A DNA stretch of 64,000 nucleotides from Vicugna vicugna (GCA_013265495.1 MU057887.1:2947576-3011575), one strand, 5' to 3'. Positions 1 through 12,690 are shown, counted from the stretch's first letter. Notes: generated from the letters alone by a model not told the origin. Numbers and translations are program-made.

Positions 1-2227
1 GCTTCCCTGCGACGTCAGCTCTCTGGCGGCCCCGAGCAGAGTCGTCGCTTTTCCAGCTTGCTCTGCCGCTGATTCATTCTCCGGATGGAAAGGCAAATTC
101 TAAGCTTCTTGCGTGTTGGACCCAAAACTGGGCCTTTTCATCTCACTTTCTCTTTACTTATTCCGCCTTCTCATTCTCTTTTCCTCTGTCCTTGTAAGTA
201 AGTGTGTGGTCACCATTCTTGCTCTGCACTTCGTGGTTCTCACTCAGTCTCCAGCATTTTCCCGGCTCTTCTGTGTTTCTGTCTAAATGTTTCCTTCTGG
301 CCTGGATTCGTTTGCATACCCATCCTCTGGCTGTGTCTAAGCTACTGGAAAGCACACGCTGAGCTGCCCTTTGGCTGCTGCGCGCTGGCTTCTGCCCTCC
401 CTCGCGCGCCCAAGAGCCCGTCTCCCTTCCCCTGCATCTTTGCCTTCCTCTTTGCTGAATCGCTCCCGCTGGCTCCGGCCCTGCTTCCTGCCTACCTTTG
501 AGGTGAGACCCCTTGAGACTTGCTCGGTCCAAATTCTCTCTTTTCTTTCTCTCTTATGGCCACTCCTGTCTGGCTTTCGGCATCACCCCTCCACCAAACT
601 GTTCTTGTCAGCACTGGGCTTCCCCCGGCTCATCCTTAAACCTCTTCTCCATTTTCACTCACTGTCACATGCAATGTCATGGGTTTTAAACACCATCTGT
701 CTTCTAACGACCCCAAACGTAAACACCAGAGACATACATCCAGTTCTCTTTTGACACAGTCACTGCATGTCTAAAATGTATGTAAAGCTCACCATTTTGA
801 AAAATAACCTCCATTTCCCAATAAAAATAATGGAAAAAAAACCCAGCAACGACAGGAATCTCCCCCGCAGTCTCTCTCCTGCTGGTTGAGGCCCCCCCCA
901 TTTTTTTCAGTTGTTGAGGCTGAGACTGGCAGCTCCCCTTGACGCCTCTCTTGATTTCCACAGCCCTAGGATTACCTCTCAGGGGCCACCTGGGCACTTG
1001 TGATAAACGCCCTCAAGATGGACCGCGTCCCAGCACCCTCACTGACCATTTACCGCAGGGCCTCATCCTCCCCGGTGACAGCAGAGAGCGACTGGTCTCT
1101 GGGCGGCTGCTCTTGCTGGTCTGTCATCAGCCCAGAGGTTGGAACGGGCCTCGTAAATCCCAGGGTGGGTCAGCTCAGAGTTTGCCAAGCCCAGAGTCCA
1201 CCAAGGCTCCTGCCCACTCGGAGCGGTGGCTGAAGCCCTCAGGACGCCTCCTGGCCCCGCTGTGCCCCGGCAGCTCCCTGGCCTCGGGTCCACACGCCCT
1301 CCCCTTTCTCTTTCTGTTCCGACTGCAGTGGCTGCCTTGCTGACCCCGGAAATTGCCAGGTGTACCCCCACCTTGGAGCACGGCTTCTGCTGTTGCTCTG
1401 TTTGAAATGCTCTCCCCCGGGCGTCTGCTCGTTAACACCCTTGTTTCCCGCACGCTTTCACATGCACGGCACTTCTCCCAGGGAGGCCCCTGAACATTCT
1501 TCTTAAGCTGCAGACTTGCTCCCGCCCAGCCTCAGCCTGATCCCAGCGCCCCTGCCGCTTCAGTTACGCTCGCTCGTAACCGTCACTTTCCGACGCGCCA
1601 CGGGAGCGCTCAGGTGCCCTCTGTGCTGCCGGCTGTCCTGCCCCGCCCCAGCGGGAGCGCAGCTCTGCGGGCACAGAGCCCGGGTCCTGCTCACTGAGGC
1701 TCTCCACGTGATCACAGCCGTGCTCGCAGCGGATACTAACTGAGCACTGAATTCGTAGGTTTTGGCTAAGGGGGGTGAGGCAACAGTGAGCGCCCCAGTT
1801 CTGTGTACAGAAGTAACCCAGCCAGCACTGTGTTAGCAATGCTCACTCTAGGGGCTTGGGGGTTTGGAGGGGGTGAGGCTGGAGTGGGGAGCTCAGCCAG
1901 AGGCAGATGCTCTGTAACGAGAGCCTTTCCAGGGAGCGGAAGGATGTGACTGAGAAGTCAGACCTGATCCCAGAGAAAGGAAGCAATGATGGGGTGCCAG
2001 CAGGCAGCCCCCACTCCAGCGATGCCTGTGCGGGCCAGCCCCTGCCGCCTGGGGTCTGCACGTCTGTGAGCAGACAGAGGACGGTGCTGGGCCCCTGTGA
2101 GGTGGGTGTGCTGCCTGCATCCCACGGGGAGAGGGCTGGGGCCACGGTGAGCCCGGCTCTCTGGGACCCACACGGACAGAGACCAGCTTCAAACCACCCA
2201 GTTCCAGAAACTATGCACGTGTATGTA

Positions 2228-3340
2228 CATACATGTATTTAAAGTAAACTTTTATATTTTGCAATTGTAGAGGCACACACAGCTGCAAGAAAACATATGG
2301 AGGGATTCCACGAACCCTCCACCCGGTTCCCCCGTGACAACATCCTGCAGAACCACAGGGTGTCACAGCCCGGAAGCTGACACAGATGCAGGCAAGGTGC
2401 AGGACATGCCCCACCCCCCAGGGAGCCCTCCTGCCGCCTGTTACAGCCGCAGCCACGTCTGTCGCTCCTCCAGGCCCTGCAACCTCCCCTCTGTCCTCCA
2501 CGTCTGCACCGTTGTCGTTTCAAGGCTGTTACATGCTTGGCACCACCCTCAGGAAGTAACCCTGAGGGTTGACGGTCTTCACGCGGCCTGATTCCCTGGA
2601 GCGTCTCCCAGGTCGTGCGTGTCGAGGGCTTGTTCCTTCTCGCTGCTGAGTGCTTGGCCCACCGGCCACCTGCCGGCAGGTGACTGGGTTAGCGTCCTGC
2701 CTGACGATTGCAGGAAAGGCTGCTGTGACCCCTCTGGCACAGGCCTCCCTGTGACCCGCGCTCCCTTTGCCTGAGGTCGCACGGCGGTGGCGCGGGCCAG
2801 CTGGTGGTGGCAGGGCCCCTGGCGCAGCGGCGCGCTGCCCGCGGGTAGGGAGGCCACGCTGTCCTGCACCCGCTCCAGGGTTTTCTCCGCCCGGCTTCGT
2901 GGATTTGAACCATTTTCGTGGATGGGTGGTGATAGTTCGTGGAGGTTTTAACGTGCTTTTCCCTCACGGCTGATGAACCTGAGTGCCTCTGAGGGCCCTT
3001 CCGTGTGTTTATCTACCCTCCACACGTCGTCTTTGTTGAGACGTCTTTGCCCATCGTCACGCCCGTTATTTCATTACTTTTCTCGGTTGAGTTCTGAGAG
3101 CTCTCTCCGTGCTCCAGGGGCTGGCCCTGCGTCAGACGTGCAGTCTGCAAGTCCCTCCGCCAGTCTTGACTTGATTTCCGTCCTCCCACCCTACACAGAG
3201 CAAACGTCCGTAATTTTGATGGGGTCCAGTTTACCACTGTCGCCCTCAATGTCCACGCTCCAGGGTCAAGTCCGAGATCTTTGCCCCGCCCTGGAGTCAA
3301 GACTCTTGTCTGTTTCTAGTATTTTTATAAATAGCAAGGC
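2228..3340 (-). mobile_element. Ancient L1 (L1MC/L1MD-type) 3' end fossil, GC-shifted
   Basis: Colinear with the recalled antisense L1M 3'UTR/ORF2-end consensus over ~1.1 kb (e.g. ...caattgtagaggcacacacagctgcaagaaaa..., ...gagttctgagagctctctcc..., ...taattttgatggggtccagttta...). Confidence 0.8.
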
Positions 3341-3384
3341 TAATTTAGAGTTATGAAAATATTAATATTGATGTTAAATATGAT

Positions 3385-3480
3385 TTTTTCTTTTTTTAAT
3401 TGAAGTGTAGTCAGTTTACAATGTTGTGTGAACTTCTGCATAATGTACAACGTAATATTTCAGTCACACAAATAAAACAC
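3385..3480 (-). mobile_element. Cetartiodactyl/camelid L1 extreme 3' tail
   Basis: T-run followed by aattgaagtgtagtcagtttacaatgttgtgt, the antisense end of young artiodactyl L1s. Confidence 0.7.
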
Positions 3481-5229
3481 AATTTTAATAAGGAAACAGC
3501 CTCCGAGGTAAGTCGTGCTGTTGGTACAGTGTGAGCTCTTGTGAGGCGCCCCTTCCAGAGCCTGGTGAGTGACTTCCTGCCGTCCTGCCAGCTGACGGGG
3601 GAGGTGACCTGGCTGGACTGGGAGCCAGTGGGTGGCCTGGGACCCCCGCCAATCCCCCACCGGGCTCTGGTGAGCTGCAGGACCCTGGACAAGACTGCCC
3701 CACCACACATCCCATGGACAAGCACTAACCAAAGTACAAGTCCAAGGCCGCGTGTGGGAAGCCCTTCACCTGTGCCCAGTGTGGACTAGGCTCCGAGCGT
3801 GGCCTCGGTGAGCCCCAGCCTGCCTGCGAGGAGGGACCAGCGTCACGCCCGTTTGCAGATGTGGGCACCGGGCACAGAGGCGAGGAGGAAAGAGGCGGGG
3901 GAACTGGGGCTCAAAGCCGGCTCTGACTTTGACCCTCTCGTCCCAACCTGGGGAGCACAGGGCAGGTTTGCACACTGGGGTCAGAGGGCTAATCAACCTG
4001 TCCAACCTGCAGCACGAGCAGACGAAGTCGCCTGGAGGACGTGCAGGCTGTCAGGGGCCTCTAGGCCGGAGGCAGAAACACACCTGAGACGTGGATGCAT
4101 CCGTGGTCACGTTGTCCACGCGGTGAGGCTGCAGCCCAGGATGCAGGCCAGGCGGACAGACTGAACCCGGCGGCCACGTCCTTCCCGTGCCCCAAGGAAG
4201 GCAGATGTCCCTGCCTTGTGGGGACCCCAAGCCGGCACAAAGCCGGCTCAGCAGTGGGCATCCTAGCTTTGGGGGAGCCGCCTCATCTCTGTCTGCCCTC
4301 TTGGGGTCACCGCATCTCCCTTGCTCCCTGGGCAGGCGGTGCTGGCATCTCTGCAGCCCACCATGCACAGAGCCTGTCTGTTTAGGGCGAGTTCCTGGGA
4401 TCCGTCTGTTCATCACCAAGTCCCGTGGCCCTCGTTGCTAATTCTTTAATGAAAGAGCGCATTTATGAAATCTGACAACATCAGGGGAGGTTTGTAGACG
4501 CTGTCCATTAGGCCTTTCGCGGGGAATAGTTAATGACAGGCAGGCTCATTGGAATCGAGGTTTCATCTAATACCAGTTTCGGGAGAGTCAGTTGCAGGGT
4601 TATTTCTGCAGATGAAATTAGCTCTGTTTGGAGGTCGCCTCCGGTAGCTGGATTGAGAGAGACAGATTTACAACAGCTAACGCTGTCAACGAGATGCTGA
4701 TTCCACTCCACAAATAAGGGTATTACTTTAAAAGAGAAGGTTTTTCTTTATCAACACCCTCCGTCAACCCCATGCCTTTGTTGAAGGACAGAGCGTATTG
4801 GCCAATTATCAGAACGCGCACGGCCGTTCGGAACCTTCTCCTCGGGATTGTTCAGCAGGCAAGGAGGCGAATTCCTCTGCTGCAGCCCCGACTCCTGCTC
4901 AGGAGAGACTTGGCACGTGGGATCCCCGCAGGGCGCCCCCCAGAAAAGCCAAGGTTGGACCAACCTCTCCTCTCCAATCCTTGTTTCTGAGTGTCATTTG
5001 TTTTTTCTTTTCTTGTTCCTTATTTTCTGGAACTTGATTGGCTTGGGGGTGAGCAGGTGAAGGGTTAGGGTTAGGTGCCAAGCCCCCAGGGCAGCACCGG
5101 GCCACAGGGAGGGCGCCCGCCCACCCAGTGCCACCCCTGCATTCCAGCCTTCACACCCACAGGCCCCCGGGCCCCCAGCTTCATGCCCCGTGCAGCCCCC
5201 ACCAGTGACTCTCTGAGTTTGGCTCCTGG

Positions 5230-5664
5230 GTACGTACTCGGCTGCCTGGAAACCCCCTGAGGCACATCCATGTCCCAGCTGGGAACCTGGGACGTGGCCT
5301 TATTTGGAAGAAGGCCCTTATGCAAATAGAACCCAAGGATCTCGAGACAACATCTTTCTGGGCTGTCTAGGTGGCCCTAAACCCAAAGACAAGGGTCCTC
5401 ATAAGAGACAGAAGAAGAGACACAGACTGAGGAGAAGGTGATGAGAAGACGGGGATGAGACGGGATGATGCGGCCACGCTCCAGGGGCAGCAGGCCCACT
5501 GGGGGCTGGAGGAGGCTGGAGGGGCAGGAAATACCCTCCCTGAACCAGCGTGCTGACACCTTGAGCCTGGACCCAGCCTCCAGGACGGTGAGGAAACAAG
5601 TGTGGCTGTTGTCCGTGTCCCCAGTTTGTGGCCATTTGTCAGGGCAGCCCCGGGAGCTCACACA
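5230..5664 (+). mobile_element. MLT1 (MLT1C-like) MaLR solo LTR
   Basis: Diagnostic blocks ttatttggaagaaggccctt, aaggatctcgaga, ggtggccctaaacccaaagacaagggtcctcataagagacagaag, gctgacaccttga, ccagtttgtggccatttgtcagggcagcccc...cacaca. Confidence 0.8.
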
Positions 5665-5914
5665 GGGTCACAGGAAAAGGCAGATTCCCGGGCCGTTCCC
5701 CACAACTGACGCCCGGGGGAGGCCCAGGATGAGAATGACCAGGCGGAGGGCTGATGGCTCAGACACGGGGGGGAGGGCTTCTGTGTCGCCAACTTGGAGT
5801 GACGTCCACTTATCCACGGTCCACGGAGCGTGTCCACACTCACTAGCCGTCTGACCGCGGCCACACACCCCTGGTTCGACGAGGCGGGAGTTAACCGCCG
5901 CCTGCGTGGGTGCA

Positions 5915-6010
5915 GCTACAGACCAGAGAAGCTAAGAGACTGGGCCAAAGTCACGGGTCCTGGTCACTGGACCCGGTGTTAGCACCTGCTTGACTCCTGA
6001 CCCGGAAGCC
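5915..6010 (+). mobile_element. MIR fragment
   Basis: cagagaagctaagagactgggccaaagtcac...ttgactcc resembles the MIR core. Confidence 0.45.
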
Positions 6011-6249
6011 CAGCGGGGCACAGCCTTCCCCTCCGAGCTCCCGTCCCCGTACGAGCCCACTTCCGTCCCCAGCTCCCGCCGCCCACATGCACACTTGTTC
6101 CTGTGTCGGCTCCTCCCCGAGGTCCGCAGTGCTCCCTGTCACGGAGGCACACGGAGCCCGGGACGCCCCGCAGGGGAAGGTCACGTTCACACGCCGTCGC
6201 AGGAAGCACCGGCTGGCCCCTCCACTTTTAAGGCAGTGATTTAGCAAGT

Positions 6250-6905
6250 CCTTATAAAAAGTATTTAAATGGACGTAATGTGGCTAGAGGTTTCATTTCT
6301 AGGATTTTGTCCTCAAATATATGAAGAGCGAGGCAAAGAATTAGGTGGAAATCTGTTCAGCTCTGCCTTGGCTGTAACAGTGAAACATGGACGCCATCGC
6401 TGTACCCAGCAGTTGCCCATCAGTGACGCGTGCGGAGAGAACATCCGCACTTAGATCCCCGCAGCCGCTGAAGCGCGCCCTCCCGGCAGGGCCCGGGCAG
6501 GCCGGCACAGACGGGCGGTGCGGTCAGGGCGGCGGCGGCCGCGGCGTGGCCGCGCCCCGAGCGGGCCTGAGGGGCAGGTGGGACGGCATCTAGTGGAATG
6601 TTTTTCAGCAGTCAAATAAGTAAGTGCCAGACGCTGCAGTGCGGGGGACCTCAGCTGCGTGTGGGTAGGAGAAGGCAGGCACCAAAGTCCCCCTGTCGTG
6701 TCATTCAACTTACGGAGATTTCCAGAACAAGCCATGGGGACAGAGTCCAGCTTCCCAGGGACTGGTCGTGGGGGTGGGGCTTCTTACCAAGGTGGTGCAA
6801 TGTTTTGGAAGCAGATGGTGGTGACGGTTGCACAGCCTTGTGGACTCACTAGACTATGGAATTGTGTGCTTCAAAAAGGTTAATTTTATGTCGCCTGCAG
6901 CTCTG
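6250..6905 (+). mobile_element. Ancient L1M 3' end fragments, with a GC-converted middle
   Basis: tttcatttctaggattttgtcct..., agtggaatgtttttcagcagtc, caatgttttggaagcagatggtggtgacggttgcacagccttgtgga...aaggttaattttatgt match the L1MB/ME 3'UTR. Confidence 0.65.
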
Positions 6906-9435
6906 TCTATGGTGCGTCTCCCTCCGTGTGGGAGGCCCACAGCCCTCGCCCTGCTCGGTCCATGGCCCACTGCTGGCCGGACGGAGGTCTGATGCGTCAT
7001 CGACTTGCCCAGGGTTGGTCCAGCATGCAGCGCAGTGCCGGGACCGGAGAGCACACGGATTGGCCTGATCCCCTTTCCAGGACTCACTGGCTGCACTGGT
7101 CAGAGCCCCGAAGACACGGTTGTCCCCCTGTGCCCACAGCTGCCCGGCGTGGCACCCTCATCACCTGCCTGAGGTGTCTAGGCACAGACGCGGGCCTGCC
7201 CCAGCCTGCTCGGCGGAGTCGTCCCAGACCCCTCCCAGCACCTCCCGTCCACCGCGGCCAAGAGGGAAGCTCCCCTGTCTGCCGAGCTCTGTCCCACGGC
7301 CGCGACCACCGCACTGATGCTGTGACAGCCCAGGGCCCGGGCGAGAAGAGAGAGATGTGCACGCTTGCCCAGGTGGTGACCTTGTGGGAATTTGCGGGAA
7401 CTGTCCTCCATGCCTCCAAGCAGGTGTCTGGGGTTTGGATTTGAAGGACCGCCGGGCAGCTGGGTGTCGGGGGACAGCCGAGAGGAGCCCCCAATATGAA
7501 CAAGAGAAAAGCAAAACAGGGGCTCTACAACAAAACCCAGGCAAAGCGGGGTGATGCGGGGGCACCGTGGCCGGCCCGCGCAGGCAGCACCCTCCTAGAA
7601 TAGGGGACCCCTCCACCTGCCTCAGCCACACCTCTGCCCACGGACGACCTCCCAGTGCGATCGTCTGCTGAGCCCGGCCCCCCAGCCCCGGGAGAAAGGC
7701 CCGCTCTGGCGGTCCTCGGATCCCTGCAGGTCTGGAGAGGGCGGTGTTCTCCATTCTGGAAGAGATTTCAAAAAAAACAGTCTCTCCCTGTTTACGTCTG
7801 GATCTGTCTTTACCTGACGCGCTCTCTCCACCCCTCGGAGGGACGCAGGGATGTGGGGAGGCGGCCGCCGGAGCGCGGATAAAGCCCAGGGACCTCGTTC
7901 CCAGCCTGCCGGCCGGCAGATTCTTTCTACAGTTCCATCAAGCTTTGTGGGGAGGTAACTGGCGAAGACACTGGCAGACTCAGCGCACAAGGTGAAGCTC
8001 TGACACACGTGCACTTGGGCAAGGACTCCCATGGTGGAGTGACCCCCCCATCACGACTCGTGGTCACCCCTGCAGCCTTCACGCCCAGGCACGGGGTCAA
8101 CGCTCGTCCCCAGGCTGCGTGTCAGGGCCCAGACCCGCCTCGTGGCCTCGTGACTGGTCGCCGGTGCCCTGCCCCGTTCCCCCGCCCCCGCTGGCCACCG
8201 TCTCTGCTCTGTTCCTCTGAGTCTGAAGGCGGTTTTTCCCTCAGTGCAGCAGGGAGGGGTCCTGAGCCGGTGACAGGACCCGGGAGGGAACGTGGGTGAC
8301 ACCAGAGAGCAGGGCCACCTGCCTGGGACCCGTGGGGGCGCCAGCCTTCCCAGCGGTGGTGACTGGTGCTGCCTGTGGTCCCGGCCTCAGGGGCAAGGCA
8401 CGCGTGCCTGGTCAGGGTCCGGAGCCCGGGCCCGGCCTCTGCACGCCTGGCCTCACCCCGCTCTGTCCCCAGGTCAGTGGGACCCCGTCTGCAGGTGGGT
8501 GACAGTGACACCCCCAAGGAGAGGGGAGTCACAGGTGAGTCACGTCCTGAAGAGCTGGGGCTGATGAATACTGAACTGCAGTGTTTCACCAATATGCCAA
8601 TTATCTCCCGGAAAGCGGGAGTCGGCGCCGCAGAGCCGTGCGGGACTGAATGTCACTCCGCTAACTGAATGTCTTGATTGACTCAAACACTCCCAGCTCT
8701 GAAATTCAGCCTGGCGATGGATGGGAAGTTTCCATGGCTACAGCTCTTCCCCTGAGGTTGGGGTGGAGGGGGGCTGGCCCTGGGGGAGCCCGAGGGGCTC
8801 ACCTGCTTCCTCCCCAAGGGCAGGGCCAGCGGGGCTGCGCTGCGCCTAGGCCCACCCCTCCCTCCCGCCCCCCTCCCCACTGTCCTGAGTGTCTGCTGTG
8901 CCTGGGTGGGGGCAGCGCCCCAGACCCACCCTGCGTGTGTCATAGGGACCAGAACCATTTCCTGCCCGGCAGGGGGGGCCCTTCCAGGAAGGACGAGCCC
9001 CGGGTCCGGGTCGGAGCCCGGCCTCGTCCTGCTCCCTGGGGCTGGTCACCTGTTTTCTCTTCTGTCTTCAAACCGTCCCTCCTGGCGCCTCGTCCTCTGA
9101 GCGGGGGAGCAGACGTGCTTTCATTCCGCCTGGAAAACCCACAAAAGAGAAGCTTCCTATTTGCCCATCCGTCTGCACACCAGCCTCTCTCTCTATGACG
9201 AAGCCCCTGACAAGGTGTCTGCGTCTCCCCCACACACCCGCCGGATGGCTCCGGGACCAGCCGCGCCACCCTCGCCGGTCACTGTCATCCCCAGTCCCCC
9301 ACGACACGGGCTGTCTCCCGTCCCCTCACACCGGCTGGGGTGGGCGGCCCCCTCCCCCATCCTGCCACAGGCCGGAGCCCCAGGAGGGGCGGGGCAGGCA
9401 GCTGGCACCCGGGCGGTCAGAAACCGCTGGGCAGC

Positions 9436-9556
9436 GAGGAGGCTCTAGCTTGGCGGTGGAGCGCGTGCTTAGCGTGCACGGGTCTTGGGTTCAATCCTCG
9501 GTGCCTCTGTTAAGGGGAATATTTTTTAAATAATAATAAATAAAATAAAAATAAAT
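9436..9556 (+). mobile_element. Vic-1-type tRNA-Ala-derived SINE (camelid)
   Basis: gaggaggctctagcttggcggtggagcgcgtgcttagcgtgcacgggtcttgggttcaatcctcggtgcctc is a diverged tRNA-Ala(AGC) body with B box GGTTCAATCC, followed by an A-rich tail. Confidence 0.85.
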
Positions 9557-10457
9557 GTCTGTTTAAAAAGAAGAGACCAGAAAGAAAAAAAAAAACACGC
9601 CAAGTGGAGAAGACGGCTGGGTTACAATATAGTCTGTTTGCTGCATGAGAACATGTCTGTTCCCAGGATCCCCTCATCCCGTCTCAGTCAATGACTTGAG
9701 GACGTTCACTCAGTGCCCTTTATAGGGTGCCTGGTGTGCCGGGCAAACAGGGGACCCTCGTGGACACTGCGGCATCCGATCCCCGGTGTCCTGGGGCCAA
9801 GTCCCCCACCCCAGACCCCGCAGCCTGGCTTGGCCTGATTGTCTGCGGAGTTCTCTGTTATTAAGGGCCTGAGATACACTGAGCCGTTCCCAGCCCTGGA
9901 GAGAATGTGGTTACTCAGGGTTATGGGGACATCTTCCTTCTCCTCCACCTCCCAGCCCATCTGTCGTGGAGAAGTGACTGCAGATAACACCCGAGCGAGA
10001 CGCAGTCCACCTGGGGAATCCGTCTCCGGGCACAGCAGAACACTCTGGGGGCGTCTGGGGTCAACGTACGCCAGCTGTGCTGGTCCGAGAGCCCCGGGGA
10101 AACAGCCAGCTGGCCCCCTGCTGGCCTCTGCCCCCACCCCGGCCACCCCAGATCCAAATGCACAGCCAGGTGGGCACACTGGCCTCCCTGGGCCCCGAGC
10201 CTTTGTGCTGCGTTGTCCAGGGGCCAGAGGTACAGGTCGGGGTGGGTCCCCAGGCACTGGGCTGAAGAGTTGGATTCTATGCCCTTGGGCCATGAGATGA
10301 CCCTGAGTGGCCTTAACAGGAACGTGCCCAGGACTTCAGGATGGCTGGGAAGTGTCCACAAGTATTGAGGAGCAAAGAATATGAGGGCCCCAAAGAGGGA
10401 AGAGGGCCGGCTAGTTAGGGCTGGGGACGGGGGCGCCACTGGGCAGGGGGAGAGACA

Positions 10458-10510
10458 GAGGAACAGACACAGAGAGAGAGAGAGAGAGAGACGGCGAGGC
10501 AGAGAGAAGG
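10458..10510. repeat. (GA)n-rich microsatellite
   Basis: gagacacagagagagagagagagagacggcgaggcagagagaag. Confidence 0.8.
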
Positions 10511-12258
10511 AGGGGAGGACCCAGACGGGTGGGCAGCCGCCCCGCGGTGGAGCCGGAGGGGAAGGCAGAAGGCAGCTCCCAGGCCCGAGGCTGGGCCCAG
10601 CATGTGGGCAGACGTGTCTCCACCGCGATGGGGCGGGAAGAGGAGGAGAAAATGCAGGGCAGGAGGTGAAGAGATAATTTTAGAGCCAAGGTGTCGAAGG
10701 TGCTGGTGATGCTCCCGAAGCTGGCAATGCCGGACGCCGGGCTCCAGGGAGAGGTGCGGCCTGCGGGCAGAGGACAGGGGTGCGGGGGCCCGAGTGTGAG
10801 TCGGGGTGAGGGGGCCCGAGGGCCCTGGGGGAAGGGGTCGTGGGACAGAAGGCCTGTGGGCGGGGTGTCCAGCCAGACCTGCCACAGGCCACCTGGTCCC
10901 CAACCGGCTCCTTGTCCTGCGCTAGGCCCAGCCGTGGGTGCCTCCCAAGGTGGGGGGCTCCTGCTCCCCTCTTGCCCCCAGGTGGGGGAGCCGGGAGGAG
11001 AGGACGTCTGGGCACGCATCTCTCTTGGCACATACCTGCCTTCTCTCCCTTAACCCTCAAGCATCTGAAGGGGTCACAACTCCAGAGCCCCAGCCGGTGG
11101 TGGGGGGGTGGCGGGGTGCCGTGACAGCTGGAGGCGCACGGTATAGGGGTCCCAGGCCAGCTTGAGTGGGCACGTGGGAACAGAGGCCCGTCAGCGTCCG
11201 CTGTGCTCTTTGGCCGGGCCGTGTGGCCCTGCGCCCCGTGGATCGGCTCTGCTTGTGACAGTGAGTGTGCGGAGTGTGTGGCGGGTGCCTGGTGGCAGAG
11301 GGGCTTCTGTGGGTTGAAACAAGGCAGGGGCAGGGCCCAGATCTGCTGCGCGGCTGACTGCGGAGCCAGGTCCACGGGCCCCGGGCCTGGGCACTCCGGC
11401 CGTGCTGCAACTTTCTTCCTCTCTGCCTCGCCGACTGGATTAACCTTGGGATGCACAGTGACAGCCGGGAAAGCGCAGGTCTTGACCTCAACTTCGGGCA
11501 AGAAGCTGACTCTCCTCCCGGGAGGGGAGGGCCCACTGACCTTCCTTCCCAGTGAATCGATGGAAACCTCTGGGTCAATAAATCTTAATGCTCTTTCAGC
11601 AGTGATCGATGCCTCCCGTCCTATTGTTATGACGCTCGGATGCCCGGGGCTCAGACCCGTCTCAGGCCCCTGGGGGGTGGGCTCCCCCTCACAGCTAGTA
11701 GGGCCCCCGACCAAGATGACCCAAGACCCCTCAAATGGACTCTCATGAGTCCCAGGCCCGCTCCTCGCCCTCCCCCAGGGAGGGGGACACACGGGGAGAC
11801 ACCTATAGAAGCCCCACCCTGTGTCCCCCAGCCCGGGCAGCACCCTCCTGCCAGCAGGCAGGCGTCCAGCGCTTCTTGGAAACAGAGAAGACAGGAGCTT
11901 GGGAGTAACAAGGTGCCCAGGTGCCCGGGGAGGCAGGCGGGGAGTCGCCTCCCAGGCAGGGCACACGCCCCACCGGCCTGGGGGCCCTCCCCACGGCCAC
12001 CCAGGCTCCACGTGCCCCGGGGCCAGTTCCGGCCACCCCCAGGACCGCGGTGGGGCCGCAGCTCACAACCTTGGGGCATGGGGCTGTGGACGGTGATGAT
12101 CAGGTGCGAGTGACCAGTGGGGGCCGCGCGTCTTCTATGTGTCCTGAGGCCCCAGCACATCAGGCGTGGTGTCTGGGAGTGAAACATGGTCCCCTCCTTC
12201 AGGGAATTCTGTCTAATGGGGGAGCAGACAATGAGCCGATCAGAGACTCAAACAGAGC

Positions 12259-12397
12259 NNNNNNNNNNNNNNNNNNNNNNNNNNNNNNNNNNNNNNNNNN
12301 NNNNNNNNNNNNNNNNNNNNNNNNNNNNNNNNNNNNNNNNNNNNNNNNNNNNNNNNNNNNNNNNNNNNNNNNNNNNNNNNNNNNNNNNNNNNNNNNN
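12259..12397. other. Assembly gap (139 N)
   Basis: Run of n; the right flank is the (TA)n/T-rich tail of an L1 3' end. Confidence 0.99.
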
Positions 12398-12690
12398 ATA
12401 TATATATATTTTTTGTTTGTTTGTTTCAGATTCCTTTTCATTATAGGTCGCTGCAAGGTATTGAATGCAGCTCCCTGTGCTGCACAGCAGGTCCTTGCTG
12501 TCTGTCTGTTTCATGTACAACAGTGTGTGTCTGTTGATGCCAAGCCCCCGGGTTACCCCTCTCCCCTTTCCCCTTTGGTGAGCACAGGTCGCTCTCTGTG
12601 TCTGTGAGTCTACTTCTGTTCTGCAAACAAGTTCACTTATGTTACATTCTAGATTCCACGTGTCAGCGATGTCACGCGGTATTCGGCAAG
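12398..12690 (-). mobile_element. Cetartiodactyl L1 3' end
   Basis: ttttcattataggtcgctgcaaggtattgaatgcagctccctgtgctgcacagcaggtccttgctg...tgtctgtgagtctacttctgttctgcaaacaagttcac...ttctagattccacgtgtcagcgat. Confidence 0.85.

Noticed and set aside
10680-12011. Longest ORF (443 aa, minus strand)
   Set aside because: Pro/Gly/Arg/Ala-rich, no domain, and overlapped by similarly long ORFs in other frames; expected from stop-codon scarcity at this GC content.
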